A stretch of DNA of 5,775 nucleotides from a virus (lineage: Duplodnaviria > Heunggongvirae > Uroviricota > Caudoviricetes): the IMG/VR virus record IMGVR_UViG_2740892442_000009, one strand, 5' to 3'. Every line of letters begins with the position of its first letter. Within the stretch, counting starts at the first letter, position 1. Made by a program: the position numbers and the translations under genes. Positions 1-5,775 of the stretch are shown here, piece by piece. Under the pieces are notes generated by a model that made no database searches, was not told the origin of the DNA, and saw only the letters and a list, made by a program, of their open reading frames with translations.

Positions 1-1590
1 CCAGGCATTACAGGTGATGCGCGGCTCCGTGCCGCCAAAGCCGTCCGGCACCGACTGGTCGCAGTACTGGCCGATGACATACAGCGCCCATTTATCCACA
101 TCCGACGCACCAAGACGTTTTCCCATGCCGTAGCGCGGATGGGTCAGCATATCCCACAGACACCAGGCCATGTTGTTGCTGTATGCTGGCTTAAACGTTC
201 CGTCCCAGATACCGCTGTATTGTCGCGTCTGCGGGTTATAGTTCGACGGCACCTGCAGAATGCGCCCGCGAAGATGATAATTACGACTCACCTGCTGGCT
301 GCCGAACTGCTCCGAGTCCACCTGTACGCCGACCAGTGCCGTGTTCGGGTAGCACTGTTTCACATCGATGATTTCGGTGTATGACGACCAGAGCGTTTTG
401 TTCTGCAGCTGGTCTGTGGTGCTGTCCGGCGTCATCCTGCGCATCCGGATATTAAACGGGCGCGGCGGCAGGTTATCCACCACCACCGAGGCCAGATACT
501 GCGAGGTGGTTTTGCCTTTAATGGTGATGTCTTTTTCCGTCACCCAGCCACCGTTACGCTGTATCTGAACCAGCAGGCGGACTTCCGACGGATTCCGGTC
601 CCCCTTTGAGGTGGTTTCCACCAGTGCCTGCACACCGAAGGTAAAGCGCAGACGGTCGATGTTTGCAGACGTGATGGTCCGGGTAATCGGCGTGTCGTAC
701 TTCACTTCCGTACCCAGCACCGTCTCGGAGCCGGAGGATTCAAATCCCTCCGGCGGTGTCTGCTCCTGCTCACCGGCCCGGAACACCACCGTGACACCGG
801 AGATATTGGTATTCCCCTCCCCGCCATGCATGATCTCCACCATGCGCTGCGTCATTCGGACAAATCCATTTTCAATAGCCTGCTGATAATCAATGATCAC
901 CAGCGCCGACTCCTCGAAAAGGCACTGAATTTCAGCGGGGGCATGAGCGTAATAGTCCGCAATTCTGCTGAAATTAAACACCGTGTGACGTTCTGCCGCA
1001 CACAGGAGGAATTTCTCAATATCAGGATCAAGGGACGCCGAACGTATCCGGCTGATCAGCTCCTGAGTTTTCGTATCGTCGTACAGTTCACTGATATCCG
1101 GTTTACCGCCCGACGGCTCATAAACAGGCGTATCAATTTTCGTCGTATACGGCTCCTCCTTATTTCCTATACCGGGCAAAACATCCGTCAACAGTTCATC
1201 AATTTCTGTCGGGCCGAAGCCTGTCAGGGAGACATCAAAATCAGCATTGATTAGGACCGACAGCTCCATCCGCAACAGATCTTCATCCCAGCCAGCATTC
1301 ATCGGTAGGCGATTATCTGCCAAGCGGTACGCCTTTTTCTGCTCATCCGTCAGGCCAGACAGAACAATGACCGGAACAGAATCCATTTTGAGCATTTCAG
1401 CCGCCATAACACGACCGTGACCCGCAATAATTTCGCCCTTTTCGTCAATCAGCACCGGATTAGTCCAGCCGAATTGCTTAATACTTTCTACCAGTTGTGC
1501 CACCTGCTCAGTACTGTGCGTCCTGGCGTTGTGCGCATACGGTGACAATTCTTGTAATGGGCGATAGACTATCTTTAATTTCTCGCTCAT
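1..1590 (-). CDS. Chimeric ORF (5' end complete, 3' end runs off the window): ParB-like N-terminal nuclease-domain protein fused in frame to lambda J-like tail tip / host-specificity protein
   Basis: ATG at 1590..1588 (minus) with a weak SD (AAGG, 1598..1595). I translated the minus strand by hand and found an uninterrupted frame of 530 codons to position 1. The N-terminus (MSEKLKIVYRPLQELSPYAHNARTHSTEQVAQLVESIKQFGWTNPVLIDEKGEIIAGHGRVMAAEMLKMDSVPVIVLSGLTDEQKKAYRLADNRL...) has the hallmarks of the ParB N-terminal domain, followed by a WDEDLL...TGFGPTEIDELL linker seen in phage ParB-domain proteins. From about codon 258 (EGNTNISGVTVVFRAGEQEQTPPEGFESSGSETVLGTEVKYDTPITRTITSANIDRLRFTFGVQALVETTSKGDRNPSEVRLLVQIQRNGGWVTEK...) it matches my recollection of phage lambda J from roughly residue 55 onward. 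The six plus-strand ORFs in the track at 139-1254 are antisense to this frame. Confidence 0.8.
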   Translation of the reverse strand, partial: MSEKLKIVYRPLQELSPYAHNARTHSTEQVAQLVESIKQFGWTNPVLIDEKGEIIAGHGRVMAAEMLKMDSVPVIVLSGLTDEQKKAYRLADNRLPMNAGWDEDLLRMELSVLINADFDVSLTGFGPTEIDELLTDVLPGIGNKEEPYTTKIDTPVYEPSGGKPDISELYDDTKTQELISRIRSASLDPDIEKFLLCAAERHTVFNFSRIADYYAHAPAEIQCLFEESALVIIDYQQAIENGFVRMTQRMVEIMHGGEGNTNISGVTVVFRAGEQEQTPPEGFESSGSETVLGTEVKYDTPITRTITSANIDRLRFTFGVQALVETTSKGDRNPSEVRLLVQIQRNGGWVTEKDITIKGKTTSQYLASVVVDNLPPRPFNIRMRRMTPDSTTDQLQNKTLWSSYTEIIDVKQCYPNTALVGVQVDSEQFGSQQVSRNYHLRGRILQVPSNYNPQTRQYSGIWDGTFKPAYSNNMAWCLWDMLTHPRYGMGKRLGASDVDKWALYVIGQYCDQSVPDGFGGTEPRITCNAW

Positions 1591-1602
1591 ACAGCCTTGC
1601 TT

Positions 1603-1644
1603 TATGAATAAAACGCACCCCAGCAGCCAGTGCTACTGGGGGCG
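1603..1644 (-). terminator. Rho-independent terminator downstream of trkG
   Basis: On the minus strand: CGCCCCCAGTAGC / ACTG loop / GCTGCTGGGGTGCG (about 13 bp of GC-rich stem with one bulged base), immediately followed by TTTTATTCAT. The plus strand has no T-tract after the hairpin, so it is unidirectional for the minus strand. Confidence 0.6.
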
Positions 1645-1727
1645 GAGGTGTTGCTGGTAAAGTTAGGTATTGGATCAATGAGTGAGTCAATATAATATTA
1701 AACTCACAATTATAAATCAGCCATATA

Positions 1728-3184
1728 TTAGGAGCGCCAAAAAAAAACTGAAAACAATATAATAACAGGATAAATTTCAAGGCGACCAAGAATCATAGCT
1801 ATGCACATTAAATATTTTGCAATGTCATTAAGCACTCCGAATGACGATGCAGTAGCCCCAAAACCTAATCCCATATTATTAATACATGCAGCCACTGTTG
1901 CAAATGATGTAAGAAAATCATATCCCATACCATTTAACACCAGTATAAAAAACACCGTGAAGAGAGTATAAAGAAAAAAGAAACTCCATACAGACCTCAT
2001 TACACGATCTGTAACTATCTTCCCTCCTACATTTACACTCAACAACGCTCTGGGATGAGAAAGCTGATTTATCTCGTGTTTGCTTTGTTTGAAAAGTATA
2101 AGAAATCGAAGTGACTTAATTCCACCACAAGTTGAACCTATACATCCCCCAAAGAAACTTGACAACAGCAAAAACACTATCGTGTGCGTGGGCCAGTTTG
2201 CATAATCTTGCGTAGCTAAACCATTATCAGTGAGCATGGAGCTGGCAAGAAAAAACGAATGAATAAAACTTCCATGCAAGTCATACATACCTATATGCCA
2301 GACCTGGAAAGAGGTAACAATGATCACCACTAAGGCTATTAACAGAAAGAAACGAAGTTCAATATCTCTGATTAAAGGTTTTATCGTTTTTCTGCTAATA
2401 ACAATATACCAAAGAGTAAAGTTGAAAGCCGATAGCAGGGAAAAAGCACCAGCCACCAGCTCAACCAAATAGTTATTAAAATATCCGATACTCTCGCTAT
2501 GAGTTGAGAAACCACCAAGCGAAACTGTGGAAATCCCGTGACAAATAGCATCAAACAAAGGCATTCCTGCAAGTCTATAACAGACAATACAAGCAATACC
2601 TAATAAAGAATAAGTTATCCACAGTGTCCGTGACGTATCGGCCAGGCGGGGAGTGAGTTTGTCATCCTTAAATGGCCCCGGCATTTCTGACTGATAAAGC
2701 TTTGCACCACCAATACCCAATAATGGCAATACTGCAACCGCCAGAACAATAACTCCTAAACCACCTATAAAATTTAACTGTGACCGATAGTACAAATATG
2801 CCCGAGGTAATGAACTAACATCATCAATTACAGTTGCTCCTGTTGTTGTTATTCCAGAAACCCCTTCAAACAGAGCATCAATGAACGTTAAATTAAGTTC
2901 TGAGTCAATCCATAAAGGGAATGCACTAATAACAGAAAACAAAATCCAAAACATTACAATTATAATAAACCCATCACGGTACGTAATTGAATGCCAGATT
3001 TCTTAGTTGTATACCACGCTCCGCCACCAATGCAAAAAAATATAACGAAAGTTATAAAGAAAACGAACAGGCTTTTTTCTTTATAAAACAATGCTACAAC
3101 CATTGGTGGCAACATTGAAAGACTATAGAGCCAAACCAGGAACCCACACATATGAGTAACAACTCTTACATGAGATGTATTCAT
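1728..3184 (-). pseudogene. trkG: TrkG/TrkH-family potassium uptake protein, disrupted by a 1-bp frameshift (prophage moron)
   Basis: Two same-strand ORFs in different frames. ATG at 3184..3182 gives MNTSHVRVVTHMCGFLVWLYSLSMLPPMVVALFYKEKSLFVFFITFVIFFCIGGGAWYTTKKSGIQLRT and then terminates (VMGLL*, stop at 2962..2960); the track's TTG start at 3202 is 6 codons upstream. The second frame (408 aa, 1728..2954) is open upstream of its ATG and reads RDGFIIIV-MFWILFSVISAFPLW..., continuing the same multi-pass membrane protein. Joining the pieces gives 69 + 8 + 408 = 485 aa, the length I recall for E. coli TrkG. One base appears to be missing from a G-run at plus 2978-2979 (ACGGT where ACGGGT would restore the frame). 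The region is markedly AT-rich relative to its flanks. Confidence 0.8.
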
Positions 3185-3201
3185 ATCTAAATATTCTTTC
3201 A

Positions 3202-3240
3202 ATTATAACCACCTTGCTGCAATATTATGATTATACTGTA
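3202..3240 (-). promoter_or_regulatory. Candidate sigma-70 -10 elements upstream of trkG in the AT-rich intergenic region
   Basis: Two perfect TATAAT hexamers on the minus strand (plus 3232-3237 and 3202-3207), 18-50 bp upstream of the trkG ATG. No convincing -35 partner, so this is a weak call. Confidence 0.25.
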
Positions 3241-3321
3241 TAAAATTTAACTCCTCTTAGATCTTACTTCACTGTTCCTTATGAAACAATCATCAAAATG
3301 AATCATATTGTAGTTAAGATT

Positions 3322-3786
3322 TTACTTTAAACACTGTTCGGTTATGTATTGCTGAGCACCTTCAAGTTGGGCCTGCATCATTACCAGTCGTTCCCGGAGG
3401 GTGAAATAATCCCGTTCAGCGGTGTCTGCCAGTCTGGGGGAGACTGCATTATCCACGCTGGAGGTGGCGGTGGCTTCACGCACTGACTGACAGACTGCTT
3501 TGATGCGCAACCGACGACGACCAGCGGCAACATCATCACGCAGAGCATCATTTTCAGCTTTCGCATCAGCTAACTCCTTCAGGTATTTTGCATCGAGTGC
3601 AGCAACATCACGCTGGCGTATCTGCATGTCAGTAATGATTGCGGTCGCCTGGTTGAGTTTTTCCGTCACATTATCGCGTTGCGCTTTGTAGGTAATGGCA
3701 TTATCACGGTAATGATTAACAGCCCATGACAGGCAGACGATGATGCAGATAACCAGAGCATAAATAATCACGGCAACTCTGCTCAC
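3322..3786 (-). CDS. Rz: Rz i-spanin (inner-membrane spanin subunit)
   Basis: The translation (…[37 protein letters not shown]…[90 protein letters not shown]) closely resembles lambda Rz: N-terminal TM helix followed by coiled-coil. I place the start at GTG 3786..3784, which overlaps the endolysin TGA stop (GTGA), mirroring the ATGA coupling in lambda and giving 154 aa. The track's start at 3801 is a TTG. Confidence 0.8.
   Translation of the reverse strand: MSRVAVIIYALVICIIVCLSWAVNHYRDNAITYKAQRDNVTEKLNQATAIITDMQIRQRDVAALDAKYLKELADAKAENDALRDDVAAGRRRLRIKAVCQSVREATATSSVDNAVSPRLADTAERDYFTLRERLVMMQAQLEGAQQYITEQCLK
3381..3566 (-). CDS. Rz1: Rz1 o-spanin (outer-membrane lipoprotein), fully embedded in Rz in the +1 frame
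   Basis: ATG at 3566..3564 preceded by a strong SD (AAGGAG, 7-nt spacer). The product [61 protein letters not shown] has a lipoprotein signal with a lipobox Cys and a proline-rich mature part, and is near-identical in pattern to lambda Rz1. Confidence 0.85.
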   Translation of the reverse strand: MRKLKMMLCVMMLPLVVVGCASKQSVSQCVKPPPPPAWIMQSPPDWQTPLNGIISPSGNDW

Positions 3787-4316
3787 TGCTCTATCCCCCA
3801 ACAGGCTAATGCGCTCTCCTGATCACGACGAATAACCTGACCGTAACAGTTATTTGAACGAAGGCGGCAATCGCGCCCCCTGTCCTTAATCCACCAGCGA
3901 ATCGCCTCGCAGGCACCTTTACGATCACCTGCATTCAGCCGCTTATAAAATGTCGACGGAAAACACTTAGCGGGGCCAATGTTATAGGGACAAAATGACG
4001 CGATACCCGCTTTTTGTGGTTCGGTCAGTGTTACTTTAATATTGCGATCCACCCATGCCAGCGCCTTATCACGCTCAATGGCATTAACCTGATCGCATTT
4101 TTCCTTCGTCAGCCTCATTCCCGGTATGACGGGCTTACCATCCACCATTGTGGCACCACGACAGATGGTCCATATACCGGAACCATCGCGGTATGCCGTT
4201 GTGTGGTTACCTTCTTTTTCATCCAGAAACTGGTCGAGAATATCAGGCGCAGGCGCACCGACGGCAATCAGTGCCAGAACGGCAGCCGACAGGCCGTATC
4301 TGATTTTTGCGTTCAT
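3783..4316 (-). CDS. R: Phage endolysin, GH24 (T4-lysozyme-like) with N-terminal signal-anchor-release (SAR) domain
   Basis: 177 aa. N-terminal weakly hydrophobic Gly/Ala-rich segment ([18 protein letters not shown]) typical of a SAR domain. Catalytic E-x8-D-x5-T triad present ([16 protein letters not shown]). It resembles the 177-aa R lysozymes of Stx-type lambdoid phages as I recall them. No canonical SD upstream of the ATG (…GATAAATATCCATG). Confidence 0.9.
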   Translation of the reverse strand: MNAKIRYGLSAAVLALIAVGAPAPDILDQFLDEKEGNHTTAYRDGSGIWTICRGATMVDGKPVIPGMRLTKEKCDQVNAIERDKALAWVDRNIKVTLTEPQKAGIASFCPYNIGPAKCFPSTFYKRLNAGDRKGACEAIRWWIKDRGRDCRLRSNNCYGQVIRRDQESALACWGIEQ

Positions 4317-4421
4317 GGATATTTATCAGGATTTATCGGTTTCTGAACCCTGGATATGTTTATCTGTCCCGGCCTGTTGAATCAGGCAAGGAATAGTTAA
4401 ATACAATAGAGAGGATTATTT

Positions 4422-4694
4422 ATGGACAATAGCACCATTTCTCTACAGGAGTTGCTCGACTGCATTTCCAGGCTTCGGGATGATGTAAATGCCCTTACTG
4501 TCGCATTTTCATATCTGGCATTCTCAATTCCCAAGGAACAAATGCAACCAACACTGGCATCGCTCCAGCTTGAATCACTCAACCCCAAATGGTCCCAGCA
4601 ACAACAAAATTCTTTCAAGTGGCTGGCGGTATTACTGGAAGAAAAATATGCTGGTGAAATTACCATTTCGGCGGAGTCTTCAGTGAACCAGTAA
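4422..4694 (+). CDS. Hypothetical 90-aa protein, the only plus-strand gene candidate; convergent with and overlapping the 114-aa ORF
   Basis: ATG at 4422 preceded by a strong SD (AGAGAGG at 4408-4414, 7-nt spacer). The translation is protein-like, helical and acidic (MDNSTISLQELLDCISRLRDDVNALTVAFSYLAFSIPKEQ…) with no signal peptide or TM segment. A TTGAAT / TACAAT pair lies upstream but with poor spacing. I do not recognise the family. Confidence 0.45.
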   Translation: MDNSTISLQELLDCISRLRDDVNALTVAFSYLAFSIPKEQMQPTLASLQLESLNPKWSQQQQNSFKWLAVLLEEKYAGEITISAESSVNQ

Positions 4695-5004
4695 TTCTTC
4701 CCGGCAGTTTTCCTTTGTAGGTTATCCGCACACCCTGCGCCTCTAAAATTATGGGGCGCTTTTCCGGTGACTGCTCATCCCCTTCACATAACCCGGCAGC
4801 AACATCCAGGAAGACCTGTCTGATGCTTCTTCTGGCTGCTGCCTCATAAAACTCCAGCGCGGCACCTTCAACACGGTCCAGCGAGATGTCCAGGTCTAAA
4901 ATTTCACCGTCAAAGCGTTTTTTGTCCCGTAACGCTAAAGTTACCGTAACTTTATTCTCAAAATTGCGGATCCCTTTCACAATCAGTTCATAGTTTTGAG
5001 TCAT
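4660..5004 (-). CDS. Hypothetical 114-aa phage protein between holin and endolysin (position analogous to ydfR in the Qin prophage; family unverified)
   Basis: ATG at 5004..5002, four nucleotides after the holin TAA stop (5011..5009), with a strong SD (GGGGAGAG) inside the holin 3' end, indicating translational coupling. Soluble, charged protein (MTQNYELIVKGIRNFENKVTVTLALRDKKRFDGEILDLDISLDRVEGAALEFYEAAARRSIRQ…). Confidence 0.65.
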   Translation of the reverse strand: MTQNYELIVKGIRNFENKVTVTLALRDKKRFDGEILDLDISLDRVEGAALEFYEAAARRSIRQVFLDVAAGLCEGDEQSPEKRPIILEAQGVRITYKGKLPGRITGSLKTPPKW

Positions 5005-5008
5005 TGAA

Positions 5009-5215
5009 TTACTCTCCCCGTGCAGCCTTACGCTTATCTTCTTTAATCTTGAAATAAAGATTTGTCAGATACGTCAACAGGCCAAACACCAGACTACCCA
5101 GCACACCTATTGCTGCCCACTGTGAGGGCGTGACTCTATCGAGCAACTGTAAAAACCAGTAGCCAGCACTGCCTGCGGAGGTGCCATAGGCGACACCTGT
5201 TGTTAACTTATCCAT
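5009..5215 (-). CDS. S: Class II holin, phage-21 S-like pinholin
   Basis: 68 aa ([68 protein letters not shown]) with two TM segments and a charged C-terminal tail. It is near-identical in pattern to the phage 21 S68 pinholin as I recall it, and pinholins partner with SAR endolysins like the one present here. Confidence 0.9.
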   Translation of the reverse strand: MDKLTTGVAYGTSAGSAGYWFLQLLDRVTPSQWAAIGVLGSLVFGLLTYLTNLYFKIKEDKRKAARGE

Positions 5216-5275
5216 GGATTAAGGACCACCAGCCCAAGCTCAGGCACCAGAACAGGTCTAAGTAATACCCGCACG

Positions 5276-5548
5276 TTACCTCCAGATCCGTTGCTGGAAA
5301 GTGCGGGACGGACGTGGTGGGCGTTCGGAATAAGGCAGCCTGACAGAGATTATCCAGTGCCGATAGTCGAGACTGAGAGCTTTCTTAACCTCGAACCCGC
5401 GCCTGCGGTAAGAATGAATCAGCCATTCGGCCTGTTCTTCAGTACATGGTGGGTGTTGGTACCAGTCGGTTTTAAATGCGTGTGAACGCCGCTCATGCCG
5501 GATGGCAAGGTCGGTATCAGAATTGTGAAATTTGGTTTTGTGCGCCAT
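5276..5548 (-). CDS. Hypothetical small basic protein (90 aa) upstream of the holin
   Basis: ATG at 5548..5546 with a weak purine-rich SD (AGAGAAAACAG). Basic, His/Arg-rich product (MAHKTKFHNSDTDLAIRHERRSHAFKTDWYQHPPCTEEQAEWLIHSYRRRGFEVKK…). It sits between a terminator and the holin, where lambdoid phages commonly carry cargo genes. Unrecognised family. Confidence 0.45.
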   Translation of the reverse strand: MAHKTKFHNSDTDLAIRHERRSHAFKTDWYQHPPCTEEQAEWLIHSYRRRGFEVKKALSLDYRHWIISVRLPYSERPPRPSRTFQQRIWR

Positions 5549-5620
5549 CTGTTTTCTCTGCTGGCGCAGCAGGTGTCAGGTGTTCAGGCTGACGTGCGAA
5601 TTGTAAACCAGAATGCCAGG

Positions 5621-5647
5621 AAAAAACAAAACCCGCCGAAGCGGGTT
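5621..5647 (-). terminator. Rho-independent terminator on the minus strand, upstream of the lysis cassette (possible tR'-like late terminator or terminator of the upstream gene)
   Basis: Minus strand reads AACCCGC-TTCG-GCGGGTT (7-bp stem, tetraloop) followed by TTGTTTTTT. The plus strand has no T-tract after the hairpin. Confidence 0.55.
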
Positions 5648-5775
5648 AAGTGCGGGTGCGTTGAGGATGCCTGACACATCAGAGGTGGCGAGGGATTTCT
5701 CCCCCGCCAGGTCTCTTACTCCTCAGGTTCGTAAGCTGTGAAGACAGCGACCTCCGTCTGGCCGGTTCGGATTCA

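Noticed and set aside
139-1254. Six-frame-track plus-strand ORFs (139-384, 368-568, 611-886, 826-1254)
   Set aside because: They lie antisense to the continuous minus-strand ParB-like/J-like frame, whose translation matches recognisable protein families; the plus-strand translations are low-complexity and unrecognisable.
1508-1789. 93-aa minus-strand ORF spanning the trkG 3' end, the terminator and the start of the ParB-like ORF
   Set aside because: It overlaps two better-supported genes and a terminator hairpin in a different frame; its poly-Pro stretch is simply the GC-rich terminator stem translated.
2381-2596. 71-aa minus-strand ORF inside trkG
   Set aside because: Alternative frame within the well-supported TrkG reading frame.
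2950-2985. Programmed ribosomal frameshift in trkG
   Set aside because: No slippery heptamer or downstream stimulatory structure at the shift site; a simple 1-bp deletion in a G-run explains it.
3500-3691. 63-aa plus-strand ORF
   Set aside because: Antisense to Rz/Rz1; Arg/Ser-rich low-complexity translation.
4014-4380. Plus-strand ORFs 4014-4346 and 4126-4380
   Set aside because: Antisense to the endolysin gene, which has a clear catalytic triad and SAR domain.
4397-4666. 89-aa minus-strand ORF in the holin-endolysin insertion
   Set aside because: No SD, odd Cys/Ser-rich translation, and it overlaps the plus-strand ORF that has a strong SD. I regard the plus-strand frame as the more plausible gene, though neither is proven.
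4489-4686. 65-aa plus-strand ORF
   Set aside because: Alternative frame nested inside the 4422-4694 ORF, with no independent start signals.
5291-5485. 64-aa plus-strand ORF
   Set aside because: Antisense to the 90-aa minus-strand ORF and lacks an SD.
5750-5775. GGTTCGGATTC motif resembling a tRNA T-arm at the right edge
   Set aside because: I could not fold the upstream sequence into acceptor, D or anticodon arms, and the flanking stem halves do not pair. Most likely it is coding sequence of the upstream ORF.
5650-5775. Lambda-like pR' late promoter or qut site
   Set aside because: Only weak hexamer matches (TTCACA with a poor -10), and the interval appears to be coding on the minus strand; the real late promoter is probably further right, outside the window.
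1-5775. CRISPR arrays, IS element termini, integrase/att sites
   Set aside because: I saw no regularly spaced direct repeats, no inverted terminal repeats flanking a transposase-like ORF, and no integrase-like ORF; only short local repeats noted in the findings.

Overview
The window reads as the late (lysis) region of a defective lambdoid prophage, strongly reminiscent of the E. coli Rac prophage neighbourhood (spanin genes, trkG, then a tail remnant). Almost everything is encoded on the minus strand. In transcription order (right to left): the end of an upstream ORF, an intrinsic terminator (~5621-5647), a 90-aa basic ORF, a 68-aa phage-21-type pinholin, a 114-aa ORF translationally coupled to the holin stop, a convergent plus-strand 90-aa ORF, a 177-aa SAR-type GH24 endolysin, Rz with embedded Rz1, an AT-rich trkG potassium-transporter moron that carries a 1-bp frameshift, a strong terminator, and a long ORF running off the left edge. 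That last ORF fuses a ParB-like N-terminal domain protein in frame to lambda-J-like tail-tip sequence, which I take to be the junction of a large deletion that removed the packaging, head and most tail genes. I found no rRNA, tRNA, CRISPR array or IS element. The only candidate for something undescribed is the two-gene insertion splitting holin from endolysin; I do not recognise either protein and cannot show from sequence alone that it is a functional system. All family assignments are from reading the translations and from memory of reference proteins; no searches were run.
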